Assembly: GCA_030141605.1 (NCBI GenBank) | Contig: JAQGDQ010000114.1 | Coordinates: 186,001-250,000, forward strand | Source of the DNA: Tubiluchus corallicola | Taxonomy: Eukaryota > Animalia > Priapulida | Length of the DNA stretch: 64,000 nucleotides | Reading direction: 5' to 3' | Shown here: positions 11,310-24,264 of the stretch, piece after piece | Numbering within the stretch: position 1 is the stretch's first letter | Layout of the letters: the number at the start of each line of letters is the position of its first letter | Translations under genes and position numbers: made by a program | Notes under the pieces: generated by a model | What the model saw: only the letters and a program-made list of their open reading frames with translations | What the model was told of the DNA's origin: nothing | Database searches by the model: none

Positions 11310-13716
11310 CTGTAAAAAGTAGATAGTGGTATTTCAACAATTTTTCATACACGTTTGGTTTTCTTATCTTATTTTCCAAACAGACTTTCTTTATTCGGAC
11401 TGATTAGACAATTTCTTTGGTTTCTTCACCATCTGACATTTTCGTTTATCCAAACATGGCTTTAATTCGACGCCTGTGTTTGAATACATTGAACTCTACA
11501 ACTTGATGTTTATCTTTTGGTATCTGTATTTGACTATTATATAGTGCTCAAATAATAATAATAATACGTTTGCTACATACATAATCAGTGTCAGTTGTTT
11601 ATCATTTTCAGCCACTATATATTAATTAATTAATTAATTAATTATGCTTTATTGGCTGTTTATTAACACAGAATTTTCAAATATAACTTACATGAGTGAA
11701 CAAGTAGGTGATATAACAAGTATGTCAAAAAAGTTGTTAGACCTGTGTCACACAGAGCTGGACACAATTCATAAGGCGTAGCCATGAGGAGAAAAAGCCG
11801 CCTCATGAAAAATGAACATGTGCTAACCAATGGTCCCTGTCAACACAACTTCAGCCGACTCCGGTTTGCCTACCGTAAGCCATAATCCGCTGTAGGCTCC
11901 TTATAAGCTGGTTTGATCTGTTCATAAGGAGTCTTATTACTAAAATGTATTTGGCCACTAATTTCATTTGCCATAAGGCCCTTTTGCATATAGTGTAATT
12001 AAGTGAAAATTGGCGCAATTAAGCATTTTTATATATAATTCATTTATATTATAAGAATTCATAACACCGATGTACTATATAAGCATTAAAAAGCATTTTA
12101 CCCACAACACTTATTTGTGACTACCGTATTACTTCAACGCACATAAGAAATGTACCCTACATAATCACAGCGACGTTTTTACAGTAATTTTTCTGTGTAC
12201 ATATAATGAAAAAGATATTTTGTTTAACATACCATTTTAAATTATAATCATTTGCCTATATGTAATTAACAATCTCTCTTCGACTGTTATAGACTCCCAG
12301 TGATTTGTCCAACCTGGAGTTACGCGGTCTTTTAACAGTGCTAAAAGCTCAGAAAATGATTGATGGACATTCTAGTGTAGTTTAAAGATTTTTCCATCTC
12401 ACTCTTGATCGTTTGAAACAATGCGCAAATTCTCCTTTACTTCACCTAAGGCATAAATGGGTCTTAACCCACATTGGTCGTTTGCGGTTTTGTTTTTTAG
12501 TACGCCGCATTACGTAATATATAGTGCAGCCGGATCCAGTGGTTAATGCATTTTCGACATTTTGACTGATCATGAAAACTGATTTGTGCCTTCCGCCAAA
12601 AACGGATTACGGGGTTATGACAAAACACCTTACTAATTACACAGATCGAGGCTCATATCGCAGGTTATGACATACGCTTTACGGAAGATGGAAGACGCCT
12701 GACGGATTATGGATACGGTTTGCTCGTTACGGCTTTCTGTGCGACCCGGGTGTTACCGAACGACGGGTTACGTAAGCCAAATTGTTACCATGGAGAAATT
12801 TCGAGGCCCACCCAGTGAAGATAAAACTAGGCAGTCTGTAAACCGCAAATCAGCACGGCAACTGAAACAAAGGAAGAGTACGAGACACCGAATGATGAGA
12901 AATAAAACAGGAAAAACTTATACTAGTCGCATTGACTAGCTCGCGCACAACAAAAAATCTGTATACAGCAAACTATGCGACCCAAAAAGTCTCATACAAA
13001 AGGCACAGCAACTTTTGTATGAAGCAACCTGCGTCATAGGTAACCACAGAACTAGATTTCATTACCCCTATAGTCTGATCAATATGACTTTTTCATTACG
13101 CACATTATTGTAAGAGCGCGCACAAGGGAAGCAGATAGACAGACACAGACAACTAGGATTTTTAACATGTTTGCGTCTGTCTGTCTTTTACCGACGGACA
13201 CAGTAAATTAAGAGCGTTTAATAAAAGTCTGCGTGCGGCAAAGTTAGGAACATTTTTGCTGTCTTACGAGTTATTACACACTTGACGCATTTTGTCTCGT
13301 GTGCGACGGTATTATTTTTGGGGCTTCTCCTCGCGTCCTCCTTGGAGGTGCTAGCGCTCCAGGTAAGTATTACTCTATGTAATTCCTAGGCATGTTAATC
13401 AATTGCATGCTACACAATAAATGTCACTTCACAGGATTTGCGCGCATGCATTTATTGTAACCGCGAACTTTTAGTACAGATTCAGAGACTGAGATGCAGG
13501 AAGCAAGGGAGAGAAAGATGAAGGGGGAATGGTTGTGAATGTCAGACAGACAGAGAAAAACAAAAGGACGAGCGAAAAACAACTAAAGGCGGCGCAAGGC
13601 TCACATTGGCAAGGTATAATCGTTACCGGCAAGCTGGATGCTTCTTCGATGATTTGAACATATAGTCAAAAACATATAGGCCTTACATGTAAAATACTAA
13701 ATTTAGGACTACATAC

Positions 13717-14186
13717 CGCACTGCACAAACGTGTATTTGAGAGTTCTTCCAGTTGTTAATGGACTGCATTGTATTGAAAATGACCAAATTTCCCCAGTTC
13801 AAACTATTCTTCCATCGGCTCACAGATACGTACGCTAAGACGCCAGTACCTTTGCAAAGATCTGTTAACAATTCAGTGTCTATCTCCCAGAGTTTAGTCT
13901 TAATATCATGTGTTCGAGGAAGCCTTGTTTGACCAATAAAGCCTACGAATGCTAACTTAGCTCGTGCGACTTCTGTGAAGGCGGACAAACCTTGCGGAAA
14001 ATAGGCCCTTCCTTCTCTTCCATCTGGCAGACTAATCGCTTCTAAAAGCGGTTCGTTATTGTTGATAAACGGTTCTAACTTGCGCGATTGCTGCATATAA
14101 TTCAAGCATATGTGTTGCTTTACATCTTCTAAATAGTAAAAATCATCCCGAATTTCACATATTTTTGGCAAAACTATGGAAGGCAT
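13717..14186 (-). CDS. Exon 1 of uncharacterised ABM/dimeric alpha-beta barrel-like protein (239 aa spliced)
   Basis: ATG at 14186, long open frame, donor CG|GTATGT at 13716; motifs LAFVGFIGQTR, GVLAYVS, NWGNLVIF, NNWKNSQIHVCAVR; a further upstream exon via the ctag acceptor at 14215/14214 is possible. Confidence 0.8.
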
Positions 14187-16453
14187 ACTATTCGGATAAC
14201 ACAATAGTATAGGCTAGTTTAAAATGAAATATTTTTCAATTTTCTGGCTTAACATAAATCTGTATAACGATTATGCAACTTAGTGAAACGCTATAAATAT
14301 GAACGCTGTGTAAACGTTTTATGAACTACAAACACGTTGATAAACCATCTAGAATGCACTAGAATGTTTCACGTAAACAGATATAGCGCAGACCGCTAAA
14401 ACTGAGAACGTGCCAAGCTTTTTGCGAAATTGCGCCTCAGTTTCTTACTAGAACGTTCAAACTTTGTAGTATAGGAATTTGGTACTTAGCCTCAGGTGTA
14501 ATGCATTTGTCACTTAAGCTGAAAGTACGCAATGTTCTCAGGCTAGGTAACAACAACATGTGTTTTACACTCAGGTGCGCCCCAAATTTTCTTCGTATGA
14601 GCAAAAACGTCTAGCAGAAGCAAAGTTTAAACCTAATTCCTAATGGGACCGACGACCTCAAATGGACATCGGTCACACGGGTTCTCAACACTTCATAATT
14701 TTCTGTTATTTATTTCATGGAATCTGACAAAATTTGTAAGTTGTTTCTGCACTTCGTCCAGAATCTGATTCTAATAAGATATTTTAACGCAAGGTTGATC
14801 TCTTAAATGAAGTTTTACACTCTCAACAGTAGTGAAAGCAAGCAAGATTTATTGTTACTATTTACAAAAAGATTCTTCTCACATTGAACCAAACTTTGTA
14901 TTGAAGTACTGATAAAAAACAAGACGCGTCTTTGCTGGTTTTGTTGTTATTAAGTGTTTCACAGAAGATTGTTATAATGGCGTATTATTCGGTGTGTTTA
15001 GTTTATCTCCGAAAAATAAGTTTTTATCTAAATTCGCATACAATTATTCAGGATTTTTATTTGTCATATTTTATTGGAAAGAAATAAACACTTGTCAGTG
15101 ATGAGTGTCAACCAACCTGCCCTGGAAAAGCCAATATCGTATTTTCGTAGTATTGTATTCTTTTCTAACTGTAGCAGTCATGTCCTACAACTGCACTCTT
15201 GGAAAAATGCGTTGTGCATTCACGAATCGATATTGCACCTGGGTCAATGATACTTCTAACTTATATTAAGAGCAAACATCCTATAGGCAGCCTGCCAAGT
15301 CATAAGTACAAGGTCATAATTTAAATATAACTTCCAGGGTGCCAGATTCCATTCAGTAAGTTTTTCCAGAACATTCTAAGTAAATATTTTTCGATGTTAT
15401 GGTGTGTGACTTTCTTAATACTGACAGATTAACTTGTTCTTAGAGGAATATCGAAATCTGTACTGCTATATCTAACACAACTGAGTTTTCTTCAATATCT
15501 GAGATAAAATAATAAAGTAAAATTAATGAATCAAGTAATAAGAATTAGTATTAAGAATGGAATAAAAAATAAATAACTGAGCAAAAGAATTTTGTGAAAT
15601 TTCAAAGAAAAATAAAAAAACAATACCTAAAATAAACATAAATAAAGTTCCTGTTTATGTAGAATATTCAAGAATAGCTTAAGTAAGTTTAGTACAATTT
15701 AATGTTCTTAGGTAAGTGAAGTGATAAACGTTCTTTTTGGCAGCACAAATCCATCTACATCAAAATTTATAATTTTATGCTTAATTTATAAAATACAGTA
15801 ATACCTTGATGTTTAAAACAGATACAATATGGTCTTTATGGTGAACTATAAAAATCTTGTATAAAAACCTATTAAAAAACCAAATGAACCAAAAAGAGGA
15901 GAAACATAAAATGTTACCTACTATGCAGAGAAATAAAGATGTATAAAACGAAAATTTCCTCAATTATGGTGTGACTGTATCTATGAAACTGTCATAAAAT
16001 CAGCAAAAACTACTTTAAGACTTTTATAGTAACAGACATTGCCATAAAGCATTTGCGACTGATACTTCCAAGTTCATGAAGTAGCTTGATATGACATTGA
16101 ACGAAGACCTTTACAATTTACCATATAACTTTACGAGTGACAAGCTGTACATCGTACCAAGTTTAAGTCAGCCACCTTTTAGTGAGATCACTTATTGTTC
16201 ACAATGCTTTGTATGTAAGTAATGCCTTATATATTTCCTCAGTTCTTTGTTCATCATGTCCATTATATAAGTTCCTGGTTTTTCAAACCTATCCTAACGC
16301 AGTATGGTAATATGATGTTCTTTCCATTTATAGTTTGTCATTAGGATGCACTTTCTTTCCATTTTAGCTTCATTGTTTCTCATTTCATGGTTGATACCAC
16401 AAGTAAATGCTCTATCTGTGGCAAAGTCCTTCACTTCAGAATAAGGAAACTTC

Positions 16454-16583
16454 TCACTTTACAACTTTGTCCCACCTCCATATTGTTGCATCATCACAGA
16501 CAACAATTAATGTACTCCCATCACGATTTAAACTGGTTTGTCGAATTGCACAGTTGCATTTAGGATGTTTGAGAACAGTACAC
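16454..16583 (-). CDS. EED: EED coding exon 11 (last): [42 protein letters not shown]
   Basis: Matches the EED C-terminal WD repeat; acceptor tgcatag; TGA at 16456..16454. Confidence 0.95.
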
Positions 16584-18135
16584 CTATGCAAAAAACATAA
16601 CATGATAGTTCTGTTGAAATATATCATGATAAATTTACATTCATCTACATTTTTACATACTTTTACATTTTGTTCTATTTGGCAGTTTGTTCTGATAAAA
16701 TCACCTACTCAAGGCATATCCTGCTTGGGAAAGTGCTCAGTAATGAATCAAAATGAAATGTTAGTTGATCCTAGGTATGTTTTTGGAATTCTGGTAGCTT
16801 TTTGGCATAAAGTGCAATTAAACCACTGGTGCATTATTAAACATGTATTACTAAATTATAACATGTTATAGTGACACTTGTTCCAATCTTATTTCTTACT
16901 ATAACACAATGAAAGTAATGGAGCATAGTGTGGCCAGTTGTGAAGATACACACACGGGATTCATGCATATGTACGTTGTAGTCTTTACAACAAATAACAA
17001 GTACTTCAAATCAAAAGTACAGTTAACTGAAAATAAGACATAATCATTTTATGCTAAGGTGAACCTAGCCATATATAAAAAATGCTAGTTAGCTACCATT
17101 ATTCCCACTATGTGTTCTGGTATCCGTTCATAAACCATAAATTCATACCCACAAACAAAAGTATAACCAGAAAAAACAATGAGCTTGCAGGTGCATTATT
17201 TATTATCTCTCCTATAATAAACAGGGACAGCCAAAAAAGATGATGTCGAATGCTTATATACGTGTGACGAAAAACTTAAATATCAGTAAACTAGGAAATA
17301 CTTTGCCAGACAATCTGCACTGTTTTGTGTCAGGTCAGTATAATGACAGACTTGGACCTGTCACAGAACTTGGAAAGTTATTATTATCATATTAAGTTTA
17401 ATTGAAAAAACTTATGTAATTAAAGAGAAAATTCTTAATAATTTAAAATGCTTGCATCAACTGGTAAAACGTCACTATATTACCATACCAGTGTTCACCA
17501 CTAGCTCATCAAAAAGCATGCTATTAACAATATAAGGTAATCCAGACTTTTGCTTAGTTGGCAGAGAGTATGCTACAAATGCTCTAATTATTTTTCAAAC
17601 TTTAGGCAATGTTATCTAAACTTGTTTCAAATGATTTATCGTTAAAATGGCTGCGCGGGAGGTGTTCAAAATTATAAGTTTTATGTGGTGTTGCTGGGGG
17701 ACAAGCTCTGAATGTAACAAGGAAGCAAGCAAGTGATTTAAAATTTTCAAGACGACTTTTTCAAATTTATTTATGAAGAGTATTTTCTTGTACTTTAAAA
17801 AATAGTGAGCAATGTATTAATGCTACCGCTTCAGCCAAGCGAAAAACTTATGTTCCAGCAATAATTTATTAATTACATTTTTATTAGGCCTTTAACTTAA
17901 TGTTACTGCTACATTTAGTTATCTTTCAAATACAGTATTTTGTTGATGTATGAGTAAATAAATGAATGAATAAGCCAAATTATAAGCACATTCCTGTAAA
18001 TGTCATCTCGCACGTATTTAAACTTGAACGCAATGTTAGGCCAACAAATGGGCACTGAAATTGCAGGTGTTTGCGTACTTAAATGTTGGCTTGAAAATGT
18101 AATAATGCCCTTCTGAGACTTGCCATGGTCATAAT

Positions 18136-18263
18136 TATAAAGAAGATAAAATTCTTTTTAAATCACAAAAACTTTTATTTTTCAGTGACGAAGTCCATAA
18201 AGGACGAAAAGCTTCTGGAAAAATAAGTTTTTGAGACTTAAAGAGCACTTTATCTTCTTTATA
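18136..18263 (+). ncRNA. Degenerate minimal hammerhead ribozyme motif inside a ~128 bp inverted repeat (Penelope-like pseudo-LTR remnant)
   Basis: gtgacga-a-gtcc-ataaa-ggac-gaa-aagctt-c at 18185-18215, flanked by inverted arms; first core base is G, not C. Confidence 0.5.
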
Positions 18264-18984
18264 CTTAAATGTAGTGGAAGTCATTCGGCAAACAAATTTT
18301 CTTAATTGCACATCACTACTATTACACCACTATTACCCTTTAAGATTATTACCAGCGTTTGCAATTTTTCGGATTATTTAAAATGAAGAGATTGAGATCG
18401 GGATCATAACTGACCTATTAAGACCCTGCCGAGATCGAAACTGATAAGTAGCTGATAAACAACCAAACTGATTTGGAGAAACTGGTCTAAAAATAGCACA
18501 GAACGCTGCATAATGCATATATATTACTTCGCCAGCTGGTTGGCGGAATTGTTTGTAATAATTATGGAGATGTGCAAATATCCAGTCATGAAATAAACTG
18601 CCACTTTGCCACAAGCTATCCTAGATGTAGCAATCCCAAATGCTTTTTTGGTGTTTCTTGACTATCCCACTGTACTGATCCCAAATGCTTCGCTTCAAAG
18701 TCTACTCTAGACAACTCTACAATCTATGGCATGCAAAAACTTTGTCTTGTGCTATCTTCCTATACAATTACAACAATGTCTATGCTTCACATGACTCTAC
18801 AGTCTGCAGACTGTATAATTAGTTTTTGTAGCCTCTACTTATTGTGGAAAGGTATAATGTTAGAATTGCTTATCAATGTTATCATGACCACAGTTGTCTT
18901 GATTCCCGCTGAGACCTTTAAAAAAGCTATAATCTCAGTGATATCGAGATCGGTCTTAGTCTTGGTGCAAACACTGGTCTTTAC

Positions 18985-19058
18985 CTTGCCAGAGAAGGGT
19001 CGTCCACGTCTATATCCCAAACAAATGTTTTCCCGGACTGGTTGCCCAAGGCCACAGC
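18985..19058 (-). CDS. EED: EED coding exon 10: AVALGNQSGKTFVWDIDVDDPSLA(R)
   Basis: 74 nt, tttcag acceptor and GTAAAG donor; homologous to human [21 protein letters not shown]. Confidence 0.95.
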
Positions 19059-19423
19059 CTGAAATAGAGAATGTTACAAGGTCAAAGTGTGGTGTTAATT
19101 CAACATAATTGTGATTCAATATCAAATAAGCTTGAAGGAACTGATAACTAATATTGCAGCTGTAAAGAAAGGTTAATAATGGGAACCACAAAGACTAAAA
19201 TGATTGACAAAACGTTTGTTATTTATATTGTAATATTAATAGTTATTTTGTGTATTAGACACTATGACATCATATAAATCTCAATAGTATTCTAGTATTC
19301 TTTGCTATTGCAGAGTCATTAAATTAGATTAGATTTTTATCTATATCAGAGGAAAGTCCCAAAATAAATTTATTTTATGTAAAGCATCTTCCATAAGCGA
19401 CGTAACCACTAGATGACACGCAC

Positions 19424-19582
19424 CTTTTGCCAAAAATCTAGGGAAAATCGCATATACCATATATCACATTCTTTATACTCAAACTGGTATAGTATGCTAA
19501 CATTGTTGTCTGTCCGTTTAATAGCATCAAATGGCTGATCTAGTCGACCTGGTTTCCAGCAGACTATTTTGTTATCACAAGA
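19424..19582 (-). CDS. EED: EED coding exon 9: [12 protein letters not shown]...[15 protein letters not shown]
   Basis: 159 nt; contains the WY aromatic-cage residues (human W364/Y365). Confidence 0.96.
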
Positions 19583-19788
19583 CTGCAAAAAAAAACGAAT
19601 AAAAATGAAGTTTTGGAAATCAACCAAAATTTATAATTTACAAAAATTCTCAGGTATACAAAATAAAAGACTAGCTTATGGTGAATGAGAAATATGCAAA
19701 TTTTATCCATTAGACTGATACAGACAGGTTCACAAAATAACATAAATTAAAGAACAAATGAAGAAATGATATGTTAATTATATGGCTA

Positions 19789-20765
19789 CAGTAGGCACCG
19801 CTTAATGGACCCACGGTTAATAGATTCAATCACTTAACTGACTCAAAAACACCTGGTACGGGCAGCTTCTATTCAAATGTACATAAAAACTGTCGGTAAT
19901 TGACTCAAATAGCTCCGCATAATTGACTCAATATTTTTCGTTCACATACTTAAAATAAGACATTCGTATGTGCCCAAAGAACCTTTCCTACTTTTATGTC
20001 ATCTTTACTTCCTTTTTGTGCATTATAATATATGTAGAAACAATAATCTTAAGTAAGGGCCTACCGTTTTGTTTGTAAGCAGGTACGTTTATCATGCGCT
20101 AATATGCTAGTGTAGCGATTTTGCTTTGAATCTGTTACCAGCTTGTCCACTGCAAGAATTTCTGGAAGCTAAACATTTAATCACTTGTCTAGCAATTTCC
20201 TTTTGAAGCTCTCGTTGCAAATCACGCTTTCACACTTAATCAGTTAACAGTCAAAGATGCAGGTACGGTAATCAGCCAGCATCAGACAAAATCACTTGTG
20301 AGGAAACAAGGACACCACACCAACTGCAGCTTAAGCATGGCAAGCACAAAATTTTTTTTACGAGAATACGTACATCACACAGCAACAGATTTTCAACGTT
20401 TTATAATTACGAGAACTTTGTGAGCCAACTTCTTCACAAGAAAATGAAGCCGCCGACTTTGGAGGAATTTTTGTAATTTTTGCAAATAAACAGACTTGTG
20501 TGATTTAGAAAAGATTAGGCCCTACTCTTTAATTTATTGCTAATTCATTTAAAATAAATTAATATTTTAAAATAGTTTTCTTTACAATTTTTAACTGCAC
20601 AAAGGAATTTAGGCATTGCTTCATTTCTAAAATTCATTAAAAACATTTGCAGTACTTGCTAAGCTGATGATTCATACTTCTATATCAGTAATACTACACC
20701 AATTGGTTAATAGGTTCAGTCGGTTAATTGGGTCCCAAAGTGAGTCTATTAAGCGGCACCTACTG
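19789..20765. mobile_element. Tigger/pogo-like MITE in an EED intron
   Basis: TA|cagtaggcaccgcttaatggacccac ... gtgagtctattaagcggcacctactg|TA; imperfect ~26 bp TIRs with TA duplication. Confidence 0.85.
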
Positions 20766-21651
20766 TACTTTCACTTGCTAGTTGCTACAATAAAGAAATT
20801 ATACTAATAAAATTATATTTATAGTAGGGGCTGGAAATTCGTTATATAACCCTGGCATATTTTCCTTCTACACTGATCAACCCGCACATGGAAACAGATG
20901 AACACAAAATAGAATGTAGCAGTTACTGTAACATTGTGTATGTGAATCGTTGAATTGGAGTGATAAATCGGTGTACACCCATGCTCTTGTCGCAGTTTGG
21001 ACTGAATTACGTTAACTGCTGAATCACAATCTACTGCTGAGCTGGAAAGATATATCTACCTGCACCTCGCCCTTGATGGACTGAACTGTAGTGTCAATTA
21101 ATACATTACTTAACTTGAAAATGAGCTGTATGCGACTTAACATATATTGTTTTTGATAACTTAAAATTGAATTATGAACTTTCTACGGTGTTTAAATGAA
21201 ATTTTTTGAGTTCTCATACCAAGTTCTCAGCTCTTTGACACCTAAAGAAGACTAAGGAAGCTGAATTCCTAGTGAATTAATATTACCCAGGACAGTGAGC
21301 TGACAGTGGAATTGCGGAATGATATGGCAGCAAAAAGTTAGCTAATTGTTTTTGTCAGGACAATGATGTTGGCTTAGTGACTCAGTTTTTTGTCTCCAGG
21401 TGGCTTTCAGCATGTGGTCAATACATGAACAGATGATAATCGAATAGTATTTTATAGTAAAAAATATATGAAGCTTTGAACAGTCGATTATTCAAGCACC
21501 TCCCTAATTTATACAGCTGGAAATACTAAAGAATGATGCTCTGACAAGAAGCGTTTACAATTTGCGATTATGTAATAAATTTAAAGTGGGACAGCTAGAG
21601 TTTGTGATGATACATACTTGAAGGACAGAAAATGTGAAAAAGTTGCAATAC

Positions 21652-21795
21652 ACCTGAGCTTGAGCCAGGGACATTCTGCTTACAAGACAGACGCTCTAGA
21701 CTACTAGGCCATAGCATTTGCCAGCAATCAAGGCAGTCCAAAATTTATCCCTTATAGCTGGCCAACCAAATTCAGTGTTTCCAATGTTAGAATTA
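21652..21795 (-). mobile_element. Second copy of the tRNA(Thr-TGT-like)-headed repeat
   Basis: ttctgcttacaagacagacgctctagactactagg...caaggcagtccaaa...caaccaaattcagtgtttcca aligns with 10522-10640. Confidence 0.6.
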
Positions 21796-21889
21796 CTAGA
21801 GCGAGTCTAACTAATTAAGTTTTATCATTTAATCATCAATATTTAATCTCGACATTAAGATTATAACAATTGGTTAGAGTTTGCTTTAC

Positions 21890-21995
21890 CTTTGACAAAA
21901 CAAAGTCTCCCAACCATCGAACACAATCAACATAGTTGCGATGAATTTCCCTCGTTGAGAAGTTTGGAAAATGCTGATAAACGGATGCAAAACTC
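21890..21995 (-). CDS. EED: EED coding exon 8: (R)[35 protein letters not shown]
   Basis: 106 nt, canonical [14 protein letters not shown] motif. Confidence 0.96.
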
Positions 21996-23036
21996 CTAAA
22001 AACAAATATAAACAGTCATTAGCAAGGTGTACTTATGTTCATCCCATTTTAGAATGTAAATACAGTCAAGGGGCATTAGTTCAATGAAAGCTATGAATTG
22101 GTTTGATGGGTTAAAGTCATTGCATTATTTAGTAAATAAGCACTAGCTTGCTGAAACATCTTCTGCTTAGGTTATTCATCAATCTCATAAAGCACGAATT
22201 CATGAAGATAGAAAAAAGCCTTGATTTTATAGACCTCCGAAATGCAAGCTTAATATCTTGATTACTAGACTACTCAGTTCTTGATAATCAAAGGACATAT
22301 GGTGCGTCGTACAGCAGAAAGACTGAAAAATGGTGCACCACCAGTTCTTGTGTGGAACGTTGGAATACAGCAACAACTGTTCATTTAACAGTCTTGAAAT
22401 TCAAAGAACCTATTTTGCCATTCCACAAGTCCTTTCCACCTACATTTAAATCAATTATTTTTTTTTTAGAATTTTTTGCATAATCACAGTCTTGTATGGC
22501 AAACACATTCACAAGGCTGCTCGGCTACAGAATTCACTCTGTCATGTGCCACATTTCATGTTTCATGCCGAAAGGCTAATTAGGCCATAAACTCCAAGTT
22601 TCACGCATTATTTTCATTTAAACATTGAAGTGTAGGAGATCAGTACTCAGTAGCTCCTATTCCTCTAGACAAGAGAGATTCCTAATGGGAGTCTCTAATG
22701 CTCATTGTTTATGGTGCTGATTGTGAAGATAATGATAAAGATAGATCATTATAGATCAATACATATAAGAAATATAACAATGTATTAATATTTGTATTGT
22801 GTTATTATATGTATTACTTGTTTGATGTCATTTGTAATAGGTGTGTTAGTTTTATATTGAAATGTTTGTGCTTGATGTTGTTTGTATTGTTTATTTTTTA
22901 ACTTAACACTGCTGCAAACATGAGTAGTTTTGTCTGGTTATACATGATCATTTTAATTGTGTAATACATATTAGTTGTAAATCTATAAGAATTACAATAA
23001 AGAATTTTATATACATAAATTTATACAAAAAAATAA

Positions 23037-23076
<40 letters not shown>
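23037..23076. repeat. (CA)n(TA)n microsatellite
   Basis: Seen directly. Confidence 0.9.
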
Positions 23077-23758
23077 GTAGTATGCCTCTATTTGCAGGCT
23101 GAAATATTCATAAACAATCATAGTACTGTATAAATGAGAAAATGTGAAAACATGACTCCTATGTTTCTTTGCGATCTATAATTTTGAAAAAACAGTGTAA
23201 TTAAAACATTAATGATTAATTAAATGCAAAACTGCAGTCATGAAAACTTTCTGAATTACTTTTCTTTATGTCCTTTAATTTTTTATAACACAGCACTAAA
23301 GCTATCTAGCAACTGTTTCAACAAACCAATGCTCTATGAATTCTGGCCTGTGGTATATAATAAACAATCAAATGCTCGGTGAATTTCGGCTGCGGGCATA
23401 TAATACACGAGGAACCGAGGAGAATTACTGAGACAAAGAAACAGTTGAGTAGTCATGGTATGTACTTAATGACCAAAGTTTGACATTGCTGGCTCCTGGC
23501 CAGTAAATGGATGAGTTACTAACGTAAAAAAAGTTTCTGGGTAGCTTCACCTGCCATACTGCCTTTGGCTACTTACCTTGCTTAAAGAACGCAGTATAAG
23601 CATCCAACTGCAATTAAGATACCTCTGCTGGTCTAATATCTAACCTTAGAAGATTATTCTTCATAACAAACTTGATATCATACATAAATTTCATTTATTT
23701 AAAGTGGACTGAATTATAATTACAGTTTTGATGCACATTAACATGTAAGTGAATTAAC

Positions 23759-23892
23759 CTGTTTGATTTGCTCGGCTTATACTCATACGATGTGCGAATT
23801 GCTTTCTGGATTCGTTCTGTGTCGATTTTCCAAACCTTTAGTGAATGGTCCATTCCACATGAAATCACCCTGCTGCCAGTTAAATCAAAATC
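23759..23892 (-). CDS. EED: EED coding exon 7: [44 protein letters not shown](R)
   Basis: 134 nt, SCGMDHSLK motif. Confidence 0.96.
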
Positions 23893-24172
23893 CTGTTAGT
23901 TAAAATTGAATAAATTAATGCATTAATCATAAATAATTGTTATAAATCTTGAAAAATTTTCATTGCAAATTTCAACCTTTGTCACGGAATCACAAAGTTT
24001 GAATAAATTGAATATGGTACACCATGATATGTGACTGAAAGCTAATAAGCAGCAGCTCACAGTATTACAATCGCTATGCAGCTATGTTCAACGCCCAAAA
24101 TAAAAAAAACAGGGATTACTTTTGTTTCTGAAAAATCATTACAGTCATACAACAACATTGAAATAAACATAC

Positions 24173-24264
24173 AGCACTTAAAACCTCATCCCTATGCCCT
24201 TCGACACCTCCGAATACTGCAACAAGCTGGTCAGTTTTCGTATTCCACAGCCGCAAACAATGAT
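24173..24264 (-). CDS. EED: EED coding exon 6: (D)[30 protein letters not shown]
   Basis: 92 nt, [14 protein letters not shown] motif. Confidence 0.96.

Noticed and set aside
12709-12939. 76 aa + strand ORF inside the ABM-like gene intron
   Set aside because: No recognisable motif; lies in repeat-like sequence
13320-13362. CTCCTCGCG motif reminiscent of an HDV-like ribozyme L3 loop
   Set aside because: Could not build the P1/P2 nested pseudoknot from the flanks
16407-16871. 154 aa + strand ORF
   Set aside because: Antisense to the EED last exon and intron; no domain signal
18731-19191. 125 aa (+) and 118 aa (-) ORFs
   Set aside because: Overlap EED exon 10 in the wrong strand or frame
20823-21505. 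Possible TAGGG-ended MITE
   Set aside because: Terminal repeats too degenerate and no target-site duplication found
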